Part shown: positions 17,597 to 27,739 of the stretch, one piece after another | Layout of the letters: each line of letters starts with the position of its first letter | Position numbering within the stretch: the stretch's first letter is position 1 | Assembly (NCBI GenBank): GCA_044226625.1 | Contig: JBGAGQ010000020.1 | Coordinates: 31,899-95,898 of the forward strand | DNA: 64,000 bases | Direction of reading: 5' to 3' | Source of the DNA: Thermoanaerobaculia bacterium | Lineage (GTDB): Bacteria > Acidobacteriota > Thermoanaerobaculia > Multivoradales > UBA5704 | Program-made: the position numbers and the translations under genes | Notes under the pieces: generated by a model | Database searches by the model: none | The model's input: only the letters and a program-made list of their open reading frames with translations | What the model was told of the DNA's origin: nothing

Positions 17597-19234
17597 ATGC
17601 GTCGTTCCGTCTCCCTCGTTTTACTCGCCGCCCTGGCAGTGCTTTCCGGCTGCATGAAAAAAATGGAGACGGGGGAACAAAGGGAGAGCGCCCCGGCTTC
17701 ACGGCTTGAGATCCGCCTGCCCGAACAGGGGTTCGTCGCCGGCCAAGCGGGGCAGATCGAGATCCGTTTGATCGACGATCAGGGGTTCCCCGCGCCGACG
17801 CCGCAGGCGGTGACGCTGGAGCTCGCGAGCGGCGCCGGCCTCGGTCTCCCCTCGTCGGTGGAGATCTCCGCCGGCGGCGCGGGAGTGGACATCGCCGCCA
17901 ACCCTTCCGCCGCGGGGCTGTTCGACGTCGAGGTGCGGGCGAAGAACGCGCCGCTCGAGCCGGCCTACGCCACGGCCGCGACGCTCGAAGCGCCGAAGCC
18001 GACCCTGATCCCCACGACCTCCGTGGAAAAGATCGCGGCTCCCGTCGGCGCCCCTCCCCTTGCGGGCGCGCTGGTGCTCAAGGAACTGAGCCTGGACGAG
18101 ATCCAGGCGCGCCCCGAGGGCCGCTGGGCGAAGATCTTGCGGACGACCGGACCGATTCCCCACGTCGCGGTGGAAACGAGGGACCAGGAGGTCGAGGACC
18201 ACGGCTCGGACACCTCGAGCACGCCGTCGCCGCCCCCTTCGCCTCCGCCAGGGATCCCGCAAGATCAGCCGCCGGTCGCGCCTCCGATCGCGACCGAGGC
18301 CGGCCAGATCGTCCTCAAGGCCTCGCCCGCCGAGGTGGTCTGCGGCCCGGGCGGCTGGCGGCCGGCGCGCATCGACGCGTTCTGGATGGTCGGCAAGAAG
18401 CCCGCGAAGACCCCCGAGGCGATCGCGATCAGCCTTACTTCGCGCGGCCGCGGAGGCTCGGTCGATCCGAACGCGCTCACGATTCCGGCCAACGGTTTCC
18501 AGAGTGCCGCGCCCGCCGCGGTCCAGGGGGAGGCCGCCGGACGGATCGAGATCGAGGCGCTCGCCGCGGGGGTAGAGCCGGCCGCGCCGATCGGCGTCGA
18601 CATCGTCGCCGACCCGGGCCGCCTCGACGTCCAGGGTGACCGGACGGTGCGCGGTCTCGCGGTCGCCCATCCGAGCGTCACCTTGCAATTGGTCGATCCG
18701 AAGCGACCCGATCTCGCCCTGCCGGTCTCTCGGGCCATTCCGGTACTGCTCCGGGTGAGCGGTCCGGTACCGACCCCGTTGAAGACGGTGACCATCGACC
18801 CCGCGACCGGCACCGGTTCGACGACCCTCGACCTCGAGCGCCACGGGGTGTACCAGATCACCGCAAGCTCGGCCTGCATCGCCCCGGGGAGCCTGAAAGT
18901 CACCTATGCGCTCGACTGGGCGATGATCGCCGTGGCGGCGGGGGCGGGCCTGCTCGGCAGCCTGCTCGCGCACCGCCCGCGACGAGGTACGACCACTACT
19001 CTCGAGAAGGTCGCGCGTCTGGCGCTCGGCGCGGGGGTCGCGGCGTTGCTCGCCGTGCTGCTCGCGAGCTTCGGCCTGCTCGCCTTGCTCGAAAAGCTGC
19101 TGCCGGAGGGAGGGCTCTGGGAGTCGCTCCAGAAGCTGCCGGCCGCGAGCCTCACGGGCACCGCGCTCACCGGGTTCTTCGCCGGATTCCTGAGCGAGAA
19201 GATCTGGGCCGCCCTGCGCAAGACGAAGAAGTAG
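17597..19234 (+). CDS. Hypothetical lipoprotein with Ig-like beta domains, Pro-rich linker and three C-terminal TM helices
   Basis: Lipobox LAVLSG-C, beta-rich middle, hydrophobic C-terminus ending GFFAGFLSEKIW. Confidence 0.75.
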   Translation: MRRSVSLVLLAALAVLSGCMKKMETGEQRESAPASRLEIRLPEQGFVAGQAGQIEIRLIDDQGFPAPTPQAVTLELASGAGLGLPSSVEISAGGAGVDIAANPSAAGLFDVEVRAKNAPLEPAYATAATLEAPKPTLIPTTSVEKIAAPVGAPPLAGALVLKELSLDEIQARPEGRWAKILRTTGPIPHVAVETRDQEVEDHGSDTSSTPSPPPSPPPGIPQDQPPVAPPIATEAGQIVLKASPAEVVCGPGGWRPARIDAFWMVGKKPAKTPEAIAISLTSRGRGGSVDPNALTIPANGFQSAAPAAVQGEAAGRIEIEALAAGVEPAAPIGVDIVADPGRLDVQGDRTVRGLAVAHPSVTLQLVDPKRPDLALPVSRAIPVLLRVSGPVPTPLKTVTIDPATGTGSTTLDLERHGVYQITASSACIAPGSLKVTYALDWAMIAVAAGAGLLGSLLAHRPRRGTTTTLEKVARLALGAGVAALLAVLLASFGLLALLEKLLPEGGLWESLQKLPAASLTGTALTGFFAGFLSEKIWAALRKTKK

Positions 19235-19261
19235 CAGGAGGCCCCTCCGGGCCGGGAAATC

Positions 19262-20575
19262 CTACGAGGCTTGAGGGGCCGGGGCGTTCGCCCCGTTCCC
19301 CACCACGCCTTTCTCGACCAGCGACCAGCGCTCCCGGCGCGGCTGGAAGGGGTACCTTCGCTGCGCGAAGCAGAAGAGGTCGAACAGCTTGAGCCGCCAG
19401 CGGATCGCGAACGCCGGGCGCGGGAAGACCTCCCCGGCGAGCAGCGAGATGATCGCGCGATGGATCTGAAGCGGCCCCTGGCCGGACATGAACAGATCGC
19501 GGAACGCCGGGTCGTAGAACAGGTGGACCATGCGGAAGAACGCCGAGGAGCTTCCCGTGACGTAGCGGATGTAGCGCTTCCGCGCCGCTTTGGGATTCTT
19601 CTCGCCTCCCGAGAGTAGCCCGGCGACCTCTTCCGCCGCGCGCACCGCGCTCATCATGGCGAGGCAGACCCCGGTCGAGAAGATCGGGTCGACGAACGTC
19701 GCGGCGTCTCCGACCAGGAAGTAGCCCGGTCCCGCGTACGGCTCGCAGCGGTAGGAGAAATCGGCGATCACCCCGTTGTTCCCCGAAAACTCCGCCTTCT
19801 CGGTCCAGCGGGCGACCAGCGGACAGCGCTCGATGCCCCAGGCGAGCATGCGGTCGGCCGGGACGTTCACCTTCCGCGCGCGGTAGTCGTCGAGCACCAG
19901 ACCGATCGACGTCCGCTCCTCGTCGAGAGGGATGAGCCAGAACCATCCCTCCTCGCACATCACGATCCGGATGTAGCCCCCTTCGACCCCCGGCGCCCGT
20001 TCGACGTTCTTGAAGTGCCCGAAATAGGCGACTTTCTTCAGGTGCGGCAGCACTCGGCGGATTCCGAGATGCTTGCCGACGATCGTCGACTGGCCCGACG
20101 CGTCGATCAGCCAACGCCCCTCGACCGTACGATCGTCCGAGAGCTCGATCGCGACGTCCCCGTCGTTCAATCGAGGAAACCCGCGCACGGCGACCCCCTC
20201 GATCACCTCCGCCCCCGCCTCGCGCGCGGCCTCGAGCAGTGCGGCGTCGAACGGGCCGCGCTCCAGGTTCATCGCCCGGTCCGAGCCCGGAACGATGCCG
20301 TCGGCGAACCGGATCGAGCCACCGTCCTTGCCGTGGCCGGTGACGAAATCGGCGCCGAATTTCGGCACCTGCGGCAGCTTCGCCAGCCGCTCCGAGAGCC
20401 CGAGGTCGTGGATCAGTTGGAAATTGCGCGGCAGAAGCGATTCGCCGATGTGGAAATGCGGGAACTTCGCGCGGTCGACCAGCAGCACGCGAAGCCCCTT
20501 CCGCGCGAGGGCGAGGGCGGCGGTCGAGCCGGCCGGGCCGGCACCGAGGATCAGGGCGTCGTAGCGATTGGGCAT
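19262..20575 (-). CDS. FAD-dependent halogenase-family oxidoreductase
   Basis: GAGPAG Rossmann motif, HIGESLLP, Lys in VPKFGA, DASG, GWFWLIP (WxWxIP), GDAATFVDPIFSTGV. Confidence 0.85.
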   Translation of the reverse strand: MPNRYDALILGAGPAGSTAALALARKGLRVLLVDRAKFPHFHIGESLLPRNFQLIHDLGLSERLAKLPQVPKFGADFVTGHGKDGGSIRFADGIVPGSDRAMNLERGPFDAALLEAAREAGAEVIEGVAVRGFPRLNDGDVAIELSDDRTVEGRWLIDASGQSTIVGKHLGIRRVLPHLKKVAYFGHFKNVERAPGVEGGYIRIVMCEEGWFWLIPLDEERTSIGLVLDDYRARKVNVPADRMLAWGIERCPLVARWTEKAEFSGNNGVIADFSYRCEPYAGPGYFLVGDAATFVDPIFSTGVCLAMMSAVRAAEEVAGLLSGGEKNPKAARKRYIRYVTGSSSAFFRMVHLFYDPAFRDLFMSGQGPLQIHRAIISLLAGEVFPRPAFAIRWRLKLFDLFCFAQRRYPFQPRRERWSLVEKGVVGNGANAPAPQAS

Positions 20576-20700
20576 CGAGGACCTCTTCCTGCCAAGTGTT
20601 TCGGATCGGACGCAGGAGCGTCAAATCTCGCCGCGGCTCCATGAACGGCGATCTCGGTAGACGGCGGCGCGACCCGGAGCGTACTTGCAGGAGTTAACTC

Positions 20701-23196
20701 TTGGAGATTCGCGACGTGCCCATCGCCTCGCCATGGCCCCTGGCTCTGTATCTGCTCGCCGCCGCGGCGATCGCGGCGGGGGCGATGCGCCTCCGCCTCG
20801 GCCTCCTGCGGCGCGACGCGGCGATCCTGATCCTCGTTCCGCTCGTCTTCGTCGGGCCCGCGCTGATTTCGGGCCGCACCCTCCATCCGGTCGATCGAGC
20901 CTACCGGGTCCAGCCGCTCGACGCCCATCGCGAGCTGCTCGCCGGACGGCCGTCTTCGGCCGCGATCTTCCACGATCCGTTCGCCTTGATCGCCCCCTGG
21001 CGCGCTGCCGTGCGCCACGCCTTCGCGATGGGCGAATGGCCGCTGTGGAATCCCTGGTCGCGGTCGGGCGAGCCGCTCGCGGGCATGGCGCAATCCGCGC
21101 CGTACGCCCCGGTGAACCTGCTCGCCCTCCTGGTTCCGCTCGAGGACGAGCCCGCGCTGGTCGGCGGGCTCCAGCTCGCGATCGCGGGCTTTGGAGCCTT
21201 CGTCGCGTTCGCGTCGTTCGGCCTTTCGCGCCGCGCGGCGCTGTGCGGCGCCGTCGCCTGGATGTCCTCGGGATTCCTGCTGTTCTGGAACCTCTGGCCG
21301 GTGACGCCGACAATCGCGTTCTTCCCCTGGGTGCTGTTCGCCGCCGTGCGCCTGGCCCGCGAGCCGAGCCGCGGCCACGCGGCGCTCCTCGCCTTTCTGC
21401 TCGCGCAGATCCTGCTCACCGGCCACTCGGAGTCGGTGGCCCACTCAGTCCTCATCGCCGCGGTCTCGGCCGCCTTCGCCCTCCCCTGGCGTGCGATCAA
21501 GTTTCTGCTGCGGGAAAGCCCTGGTGTCCGCTCGATTGTCCGCTCGATCGGCCGCTCGATCGGCCGCTCGATCGGCTGGGCGCTCGGCGCGGGGATCGTC
21601 GCCGCCGCGCTCACCGCGTTCTTCCTCCTTCCCCACTTGGAGGCGATCGACCAGACCATGGAGCTCGTGCTCCGTCGCGGCGCGGCAGACAAGGCGTTCC
21701 ACGCGCGGAGCTACGGCGAATCGGCGGCGCTCCTGCGCGCCGAGCTCGTCCCGTACGCGTGGGGAATCAGCAACGACGAGGTGGGGCGACACCCCGACCA
21801 CGGCTTCGCGCTCTACGGCCCGAGCCGAACGTTTTCGGGCGGCCTGGTCGCGGCCCTCGCCTTCGCGGGTCTCGCCGGGCGCCGCCGACGGATCGTCGCC
21901 GCGGGCGCCGCGTACTACCTGTTCGGCCTCCTCGCTGGAATCGGTTTCCGACCGCTTCACGAGCTGCTCGCGCGGCTGCCGATCTTCGACATGGCGTTGA
22001 ACGACCGGCTCGCGTTCGTCGGCGCCTTCGGCCTCGCCCTGCTTGCGGCGGCGGCGATCGACGCCTGGGAATCGCCCGCCCCCGGCGGGTCGAAGATCCC
22101 GTGGCTTGCCGCCGGCGCGGCGCTCGGCCTCGCTCTGCTCGCCGCCTGGTTCTGGCAGGACGCCCTTCCGCTCGGGCTGGATGGCGCGAGGTACTTGTCG
22201 CGGACCGCTTGGCTCGTGGTTCCCGCGCTCCTCGGGGCCGCCCTACTCGCATTCTCGGCGCCGCGAGGAGGGTTCCGCGAAGGGGCGCTCCTTCTCCTCC
22301 TCCTCGCGCTGCTCGTCGAACGTAGAGCCGAGACCGATCACCTGTTCGTGCCGCAAGCGAGGGATGCGTTCTTTCCCAAGGTGGCGCCGCTCGACGCGGT
22401 TCCCGACACCGCGGAGCCGCAGCGGGTGCTGGCGCTCGACGTGGCGCTCCCTCCGAACACCTTCACCCACTACGGCTTCGAGGACCTGCGCGGCGACAAC
22501 GCGATGACGCTCAACCGGCTGGCCCAGTTCCGCAACTATCGGAACGACCCCAAAGATCCTTCCTGGACGCTGATGCGCTTCAACCGCCTCGACGATCCGG
22601 TGGTCGACCTGCTGAACGCCCGCTATCTCCTGGTGCCGCGACCGAAGGTCGCTCCTCGCGGGTGCCGCCGGCTCGCCGCCGGCAAGAGCCTGGTCCTGTA
22701 CGAGAACCGCCGTGCCCTGCCGCGCGCTTTCCTGCCGCGCCGGGTGGTCGTCGGCGCCGACCCGGTCGCTCTCATGGCGCGAACCGCGGCCAATGCGAAC
22801 TTCCGGCAGCTCGCGACGATCGAGCCGATTGGATGGGCGCCGCGGCTCAAGGAGCGGCACAACACCCGCGGCCGGATCGCGACGAGGAAGAAAGGGCTCG
22901 GTTTGGAGATCGAGGCCCGCTTGGCGGCCCCCGGCTGGATCGTGGTGAGCGAAACGCACTGGTCCGGCTGGCGCGCCACGGCTCACGGCCGGGAGCTCCC
23001 GCTCGCCTACGCCGACCATGCCTTCCTAGGAATTTACGCCCCCGCCGGCCGCAGCCGGATCGACCTTCGCTACCGGCCGCGGTCGTTCGACTGGGGGCTC
23101 GGGATCAGCGCCGGAACCGCGCTCGGGCTCGCGCTGTTCGCCGGTATCTGGGGACTTCGGCGGCGCCGACGCTCCGCGGCGTGCTTGGAGCCTTGA
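20701..23196 (+). CDS. YfhO family membrane protein (GT-C-type glycosyltransferase)
   Basis: GEWPLWNPW...GEPL, many TM helices, YENRRALPRAF, SETHWSGWRA, LRYRPRSF. TTG start with AGGAG RBS. Confidence 0.85.
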   Translation: MEIRDVPIASPWPLALYLLAAAAIAAGAMRLRLGLLRRDAAILILVPLVFVGPALISGRTLHPVDRAYRVQPLDAHRELLAGRPSSAAIFHDPFALIAPWRAAVRHAFAMGEWPLWNPWSRSGEPLAGMAQSAPYAPVNLLALLVPLEDEPALVGGLQLAIAGFGAFVAFASFGLSRRAALCGAVAWMSSGFLLFWNLWPVTPTIAFFPWVLFAAVRLAREPSRGHAALLAFLLAQILLTGHSESVAHSVLIAAVSAAFALPWRAIKFLLRESPGVRSIVRSIGRSIGRSIGWALGAGIVAAALTAFFLLPHLEAIDQTMELVLRRGAADKAFHARSYGESAALLRAELVPYAWGISNDEVGRHPDHGFALYGPSRTFSGGLVAALAFAGLAGRRRRIVAAGAAYYLFGLLAGIGFRPLHELLARLPIFDMALNDRLAFVGAFGLALLAAAAIDAWESPAPGGSKIPWLAAGAALGLALLAAWFWQDALPLGLDGARYLSRTAWLVVPALLGAALLAFSAPRGGFREGALLLLLLALLVERRAETDHLFVPQARDAFFPKVAPLDAVPDTAEPQRVLALDVALPPNTFTHYGFEDLRGDNAMTLNRLAQFRNYRNDPKDPSWTLMRFNRLDDPVVDLLNARYLLVPRPKVAPRGCRRLAAGKSLVLYENRRALPRAFLPRRVVVGADPVALMARTAANANFRQLATIEPIGWAPRLKERHNTRGRIATRKKGLGLEIEARLAAPGWIVVSETHWSGWRATAHGRELPLAYADHAFLGIYAPAGRSRIDLRYRPRSFDWGLGISAGTALGLALFAGIWGLRRRRRSAACLEP
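21526..21576 (+). repeat. In-frame 12-bp tandem repeat, 4 copies (G[T/G]CCGCTCGAT[T/C])
   Basis: Encodes VRSI-VRSI-GRSI-GRSI inside the YfhO gene. Confidence 0.8.
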
Positions 23197-23314
23197 CGGG
23201 CCACAGACGGCGAGCGGGGCGGCGCGCCGTTCGCCGTTCAATCGGCGAGGGCACGTCCGCCCCGTTGCCGCGGTGATCGGCGGGGAGCGCCGAGGAGCAT
23301 CGGAGGGTGGAGAG

Positions 23315-24013
23315 CTAGCTCCGTCGGCTGCCGCCGCCGAGGACGCCGGCGCGGAAGAGGTAGTAGACGACCGTCATCAGCGACGACACCACCGCCGCGA
23401 CGTAGGTCATCGCCGCGGCATTGAGCACGCGGTCCATCCCCTCGCGCTCCTGGGGCAGGATCAGGCCGTTGTCGACCGCGAGCTTCTTCGCTCGGGCCGA
23501 GGCGTCGAACTCGACGGGCAGGGTGACGATCTGGAACAGCAGCACGGCCGAGAAGATCACCGCGCCGAGGATCACGATCTTCGGCGAGTGGAAGACGAGG
23601 CCGGCGAACATTACCCAGTAGCCGACGCTCGAACCGAAGCCCGCCGTCGGGACCAGCGCCGAGCGGAGGCCGAGCGGGGCGTAATGGGTCGCGTGCTGGA
23701 TCGCGTGGCCCGCCTCGTGACAGGCGACGCCCACCGCGGCGATCGAGCGCTGGCCGTAGACCGGCTCGGAAAGCGCCAGGGTCTTGGTCGACGGATCGTA
23801 ATGGTCCGAAAGGGTCCCGGCGTGGGGGACGATCTGGACGTCTGAGATACCCGCCGAGCGCAACATCTCGGCGGCCGCCTGAGCGCCGGTCAAGCCGCGC
23901 AGGCTCGCCACCTGCGAATACTTTTTGAACGCTGAGCGGGTCCTAAAGCTCGCCCAGAGGGACAACAGCAGCGCCGGTCCGACGAAGAGCAGATAGGTGG
24001 GATCGAAAACCAT
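23315..24013 (-). CDS. YugP-family membrane zinc metallopeptidase
   Basis: LSDHYDP, HEAGHAIQ (HExxH), LPVEFDASARA, AAAMTYVAA. Confidence 0.92.
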   Translation of the reverse strand: MVFDPTYLLFVGPALLLSLWASFRTRSAFKKYSQVASLRGLTGAQAAAEMLRSAGISDVQIVPHAGTLSDHYDPSTKTLALSEPVYGQRSIAAVGVACHEAGHAIQHATHYAPLGLRSALVPTAGFGSSVGYWVMFAGLVFHSPKIVILGAVIFSAVLLFQIVTLPVEFDASARAKKLAVDNGLILPQEREGMDRVLNAAAMTYVAAVVSSLMTVVYYLFRAGVLGGGSRRS

Positions 24014-24163
24014 GCCTTCCTCCTTCGCCCCAGTCTAACAACCGGCGGTGCGGCGACATTTCAGGGACCGGGGGAATCCGCGGGGGAATACGAAAATGGT
24101 CCCGAGCCCCAGGTGAGGGACTTCCACCCGACGGCCCGGTTTCCCACCGGAACGGGCACCGGC

Positions 24164-25348
24164 TCAGTGGTTTGCCGCCACCCGTCCTTCGTCGGTCACC
24201 CGGTCGCTCGGATAGATGATCACGCGCTCCCCCGCCGCCAGGCCACCGAGGACTTCTACCGCCAGGGCGCTTCGGTGACCCGCGCGGATGCCGCGGCGGT
24301 GGGCCCGCCCGCCTTGGACCACGAAGACGCTCCAGCTCTCCCCAGTGCGAAATACCGCTCCCGCCGGCACCTGAAGGACGCTCTCTCCGCGCCAGAGGAC
24401 AATCGAGGCGAGGACGCGGAAGCGGTCGCCGACTCGCGCGTCGGTATCCAACAGATCGCCGATCACCCGCACCCGCTGCTCTTCGACGCCGAGCGGCGAG
24501 ACCTTGGTGAAACCGGCCGGCTCGATCGTCCGGAGGCGCCCCCGGAGCACCTTGCCGCCGCCGACGTCCAGGCGTATGGAATCGCCGGAGGCGAGGCTCA
24601 CCGCGTCGGTCGAGAGCACGTCGACCACCGCCTCGAGCCGCGCGGGGTCGCCGATCTCGAGAATCGGCGTGCCCGCGGGCACCACGCGTTCGGACTCCTC
24701 GAAGCGACGCAGAACCTTGCCCGAGACCGGCGCGGCGAGCGACACGACGCCGCCGGAGGCCGTCCCTTCGAGCAGCGCCGCGCGCGCCCCGGCGAGCTCG
24801 CCGGCCGCCGCCTCGGCGCGATGGCGGGCGGCGTCGAGCAGCTCGGTCTGGGTGCGCTCCGCCGTCCGCGCCTGATCGAGCCCTTCGGCGGCGAGCGTTC
24901 CGGCGGCGAACAGGCGCTCGCTCCGTTCGCGGGTGATCCGGCTCTGCGCGAGCGCGGCCTTCGCTTCGGCCACCCGGGCGAGCGCCTCCGCGTTCCCCGC
25001 GCGCGCCGCGGCGACCGCCGCCTCGGCCTGTCGACGGCTGCGCGGATCGAGCGGCGACACCGCGAGACGCGCCACCACGTCGCCTGCGACGACCGCGTCT
25101 CCTTCGCGTAGGGTCGGCGCAAACAGCCGTCCGGCGACGGGCGCCGCGATCGTGAAGCGGGGCTCGATCCGCGTTTCCCCCTCCGCTTCGAGCGTCGTCT
25201 CGAGCGGTCCGCGGCCGACCGTCGCGAGGTCCACGGGCACGCGCTCGGGGCGTAGCGTCCAGGCGGCCGCACCGACGACGGCGAGCGCCAGGAGAAGGCG
25301 CAGGGTCCAACGAAAGAGGGTGCGTGTCCGTTTCGTACGAGGCGCCAT
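24164..25348 (-). CDS. Efflux periplasmic adaptor subunit (HlyD/MFP family)
   Basis: N-terminal TM, lipoyl-like IAAPVAG/AAPVSG, coiled coil, KVSPLGVEEQRV. Confidence 0.9.
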   Translation of the reverse strand: MAPRTKRTRTLFRWTLRLLLALAVVGAAAWTLRPERVPVDLATVGRGPLETTLEAEGETRIEPRFTIAAPVAGRLFAPTLREGDAVVAGDVVARLAVSPLDPRSRRQAEAAVAAARAGNAEALARVAEAKAALAQSRITRERSERLFAAGTLAAEGLDQARTAERTQTELLDAARHRAEAAAGELAGARAALLEGTASGGVVSLAAPVSGKVLRRFEESERVVPAGTPILEIGDPARLEAVVDVLSTDAVSLASGDSIRLDVGGGKVLRGRLRTIEPAGFTKVSPLGVEEQRVRVIGDLLDTDARVGDRFRVLASIVLWRGESVLQVPAGAVFRTGESWSVFVVQGGRAHRRGIRAGHRSALAVEVLGGLAAGERVIIYPSDRVTDEGRVAANH

Positions 25349-25353
25349 GGCGT

Positions 25354-27714
25354 TCACTCCCGGGTCTTGAGCACGGAGATCAGATCGATGCGATCGAGCC
25401 GACGACGAACCGCGAGCGCGGAAAGCAAGGCCGCGCCGACGACGACCGCCGCCGAGCCGAGGAGGCTTCCCGGAGAGATCACCAGCGGCAGGCGGAACAG
25501 CTCGGTGCGGAAGCGCCAGACGATCAGCGCGCAGAGGCCGATCCCGACGGCGAAGCCGAGCGGAATCCCGAGGAGGGTGAGCGTCCGCTGCTCGCCGAGC
25601 AGCAGGGCCGCCACCTCGCGGCGTGAGAAACCGAGCACCCGGAGCGAGGCGAGCTCCCGGCCGCGCTCGGACAGGGCGATCCGCGCGCCGTTGTAGACCA
25701 TGCCGAAGGCGATGACGCAGGCGAAGGCGAGCAACGACGAAATCGAGATGCGGAAGCTCTCCGCGAGCGTCTTCTCGAAGCTCGCGAGTGCGGCGCGCCG
25801 CGCGCCCACGCCGACCACCCCCGGCAACCGCTTCAAGCGCGCGTAGAGATCCTTCTCCGCGCGCGGATCGATCGACAGGAACGCGCCGGAAGCGAGATCC
25901 CCCTCGCCCATCAGACGGCGCGCGGCGTCGAGATCGAGATAAGCCGCGACACCCACGAGCTCGTCGACCTCGCCCGCGACGAGCATCTCCCGCACCGGTC
26001 GGCGCCCTTCGAGCACTTCGACGGCGACCCCGTCCCCCGGCTCGACGCCGAGCCGGCGGGCGAGCTCCGACGTCAACAACAGACCGTCCGGAGGCGGCCG
26101 AAAACTACGGCGACGGCGATCGACGATCCGGCGCAGCGCTCCCTCCGCGGGAAGGCCGAGAAGCGCGGTCCTCTTTTCTCGAGAGCCGTGGCGAAGGCGA
26201 ACGGCGATCGCGCGGTAGGGCTCGACCCGAAGAACGCCCGGCATCCGCAGGAGCTCGCGAGGTGCGCCCGCGAGCGGGGTGCGGAACGAAACCGTCACGT
26301 CTTCGCGCTGAACCAACTCGAACTGGAGCTCCTTGATCACGCCGACGGCGTCGAACATGAAGATCCCGACCAGGACGATCGCGACGGAAAGCGCGAGGCC
26401 TACCGCCGACAGAAGCGCCTTGCCCGGCCGCCGCTCGAGGTGGCGCAGGATGCTTCGTGCCGCCGGCGGCAGCCAGCGGACGGGGACCAACCGCTCCACC
26501 GGGCCGGGACGGAAGCGGGCGGGGGTCTCCGGCCTCATCGCCTCGGCGGGCGCCAGGGCCGCCGCCCGGCGCACCGCGTCGAGCGCGCCCAGGACGGCGG
26601 CGCCAGCTGCGGCCGCGATCCCCCAGGCGATCACCTCGGCTTGCGGCACGAACGGCGTCTTCGGCAGGGCGAAGAAGCGAGCGTAGACGTCGGCCAGCCG
26701 CTCCGCGAGCCAAAGGCCCGCGGCCGTGCCCATCGCCGCCCCCGCCAACGACGGCACGAGCGCCAACTGGAGATAGTGCCGGGCGATCGCGCCCGAGCCG
26801 TAACCGAACGCCTTCAGCACCGCGATCTGCTCGCGCTCCGTGCCGATCAGTCGTCCCATCACCAGGTGGAGCAGGAACGCGGTGACGGCGAGAAAGATCG
26901 CTGGCAGCAGCAAGCTCGTCACCTGGGTCTCGGCGATCTCGTCGGAGAAAAAGCGATGCGACAGCTGGTCCTCGCGTCCGTAGGCGCCCAGCCCGCCGTA
27001 GGGAACGAGAATCCGATCGAGACGGGCGATCACCTCGGGAAGGAGCGCCTCGGGAGCGAGCGTCAGCGACACGTCGTTCCAGGAACCGGTCAGGTCGAAG
27101 GCCGCGGCGAGCGGTTTCTCATCGAGCCAGAGAACGCCGAAGCGCCGGTTGTCGGGAAAGATCTGACCGGCGCCGATCTCGTAGACGTATTCCGGGGAGC
27201 TCGCGGTGCCGACGATTCGCAGCCGCAGCCACCGGCCGTGGAGCACGGCTCCCACCGTGTCGCCCACCGCGAGACCGTTGGCGCGGGCGAAGGCGTCGCT
27301 CGCGAGCGCCTCGTCGCGGCGACCCGCCTCGGGATAGCGACCGGAGCGCAGGTGCACCTGGTTGAGCGACGGCGCGCGCGGCACCGGAATCGAAACCAGC
27401 CGGCCGGTTGCGGGCTCGGCGAGGCCCGGCACGTCGAGCAGCACGTCCGCGACCACCCGGGTCGAAACCACCGTCACGCCGGGGATCTCGGCGATCCGCA
27501 CGGCGGCCGTTCGAGGCGCCCGCTCGCAATGCGCGAAGACCTGGGCGAAGCGTCCGGATTCATAGGTCGAGCGCTGCGCCCCGGCGAGGTAACCGTGCAT
27601 GCTGCGCATCGAAACGAACAGGGCGATGCCCGAGGCCACGACCAGCGCCACCGCGGCGAAAGGCCCCCGTAAGTGCCAGAGGTCGCGGCGGAGCTTGCGA
27701 TCGAGGGCGGTCAT
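25354..27714 (-). CDS. ABC transporter permease (duplicated FtsX/MacB-like)
   Basis: RKLRRDL, EREQIAVLKAFGY, ERGRELASLRVLGF. Confidence 0.92.
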   Translation of the reverse strand: MTALDRKLRRDLWHLRGPFAAVALVVASGIALFVSMRSMHGYLAGAQRSTYESGRFAQVFAHCERAPRTAAVRIAEIPGVTVVSTRVVADVLLDVPGLAEPATGRLVSIPVPRAPSLNQVHLRSGRYPEAGRRDEALASDAFARANGLAVGDTVGAVLHGRWLRLRIVGTASSPEYVYEIGAGQIFPDNRRFGVLWLDEKPLAAAFDLTGSWNDVSLTLAPEALLPEVIARLDRILVPYGGLGAYGREDQLSHRFFSDEIAETQVTSLLLPAIFLAVTAFLLHLVMGRLIGTEREQIAVLKAFGYGSGAIARHYLQLALVPSLAGAAMGTAAGLWLAERLADVYARFFALPKTPFVPQAEVIAWGIAAAAGAAVLGALDAVRRAAALAPAEAMRPETPARFRPGPVERLVPVRWLPPAARSILRHLERRPGKALLSAVGLALSVAIVLVGIFMFDAVGVIKELQFELVQREDVTVSFRTPLAGAPRELLRMPGVLRVEPYRAIAVRLRHGSREKRTALLGLPAEGALRRIVDRRRRSFRPPPDGLLLTSELARRLGVEPGDGVAVEVLEGRRPVREMLVAGEVDELVGVAAYLDLDAARRLMGEGDLASGAFLSIDPRAEKDLYARLKRLPGVVGVGARRAALASFEKTLAESFRISISSLLAFACVIAFGMVYNGARIALSERGRELASLRVLGFSRREVAALLLGEQRTLTLLGIPLGFAVGIGLCALIVWRFRTELFRLPLVISPGSLLGSAAVVVGAALLSALAVRRRLDRIDLISVLKTRE

Positions 27715-27739
27715 CGGGAGGCTCGAGCTCGAGTCGGTG

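Noticed and set aside
24014-24163. Possible cobalamin riboswitch upstream of the YugP-like gene (GGGAAACCGG on minus strand)
   Set aside because: No B12 box or other conserved elements, and the downstream gene is unrelated to B12.
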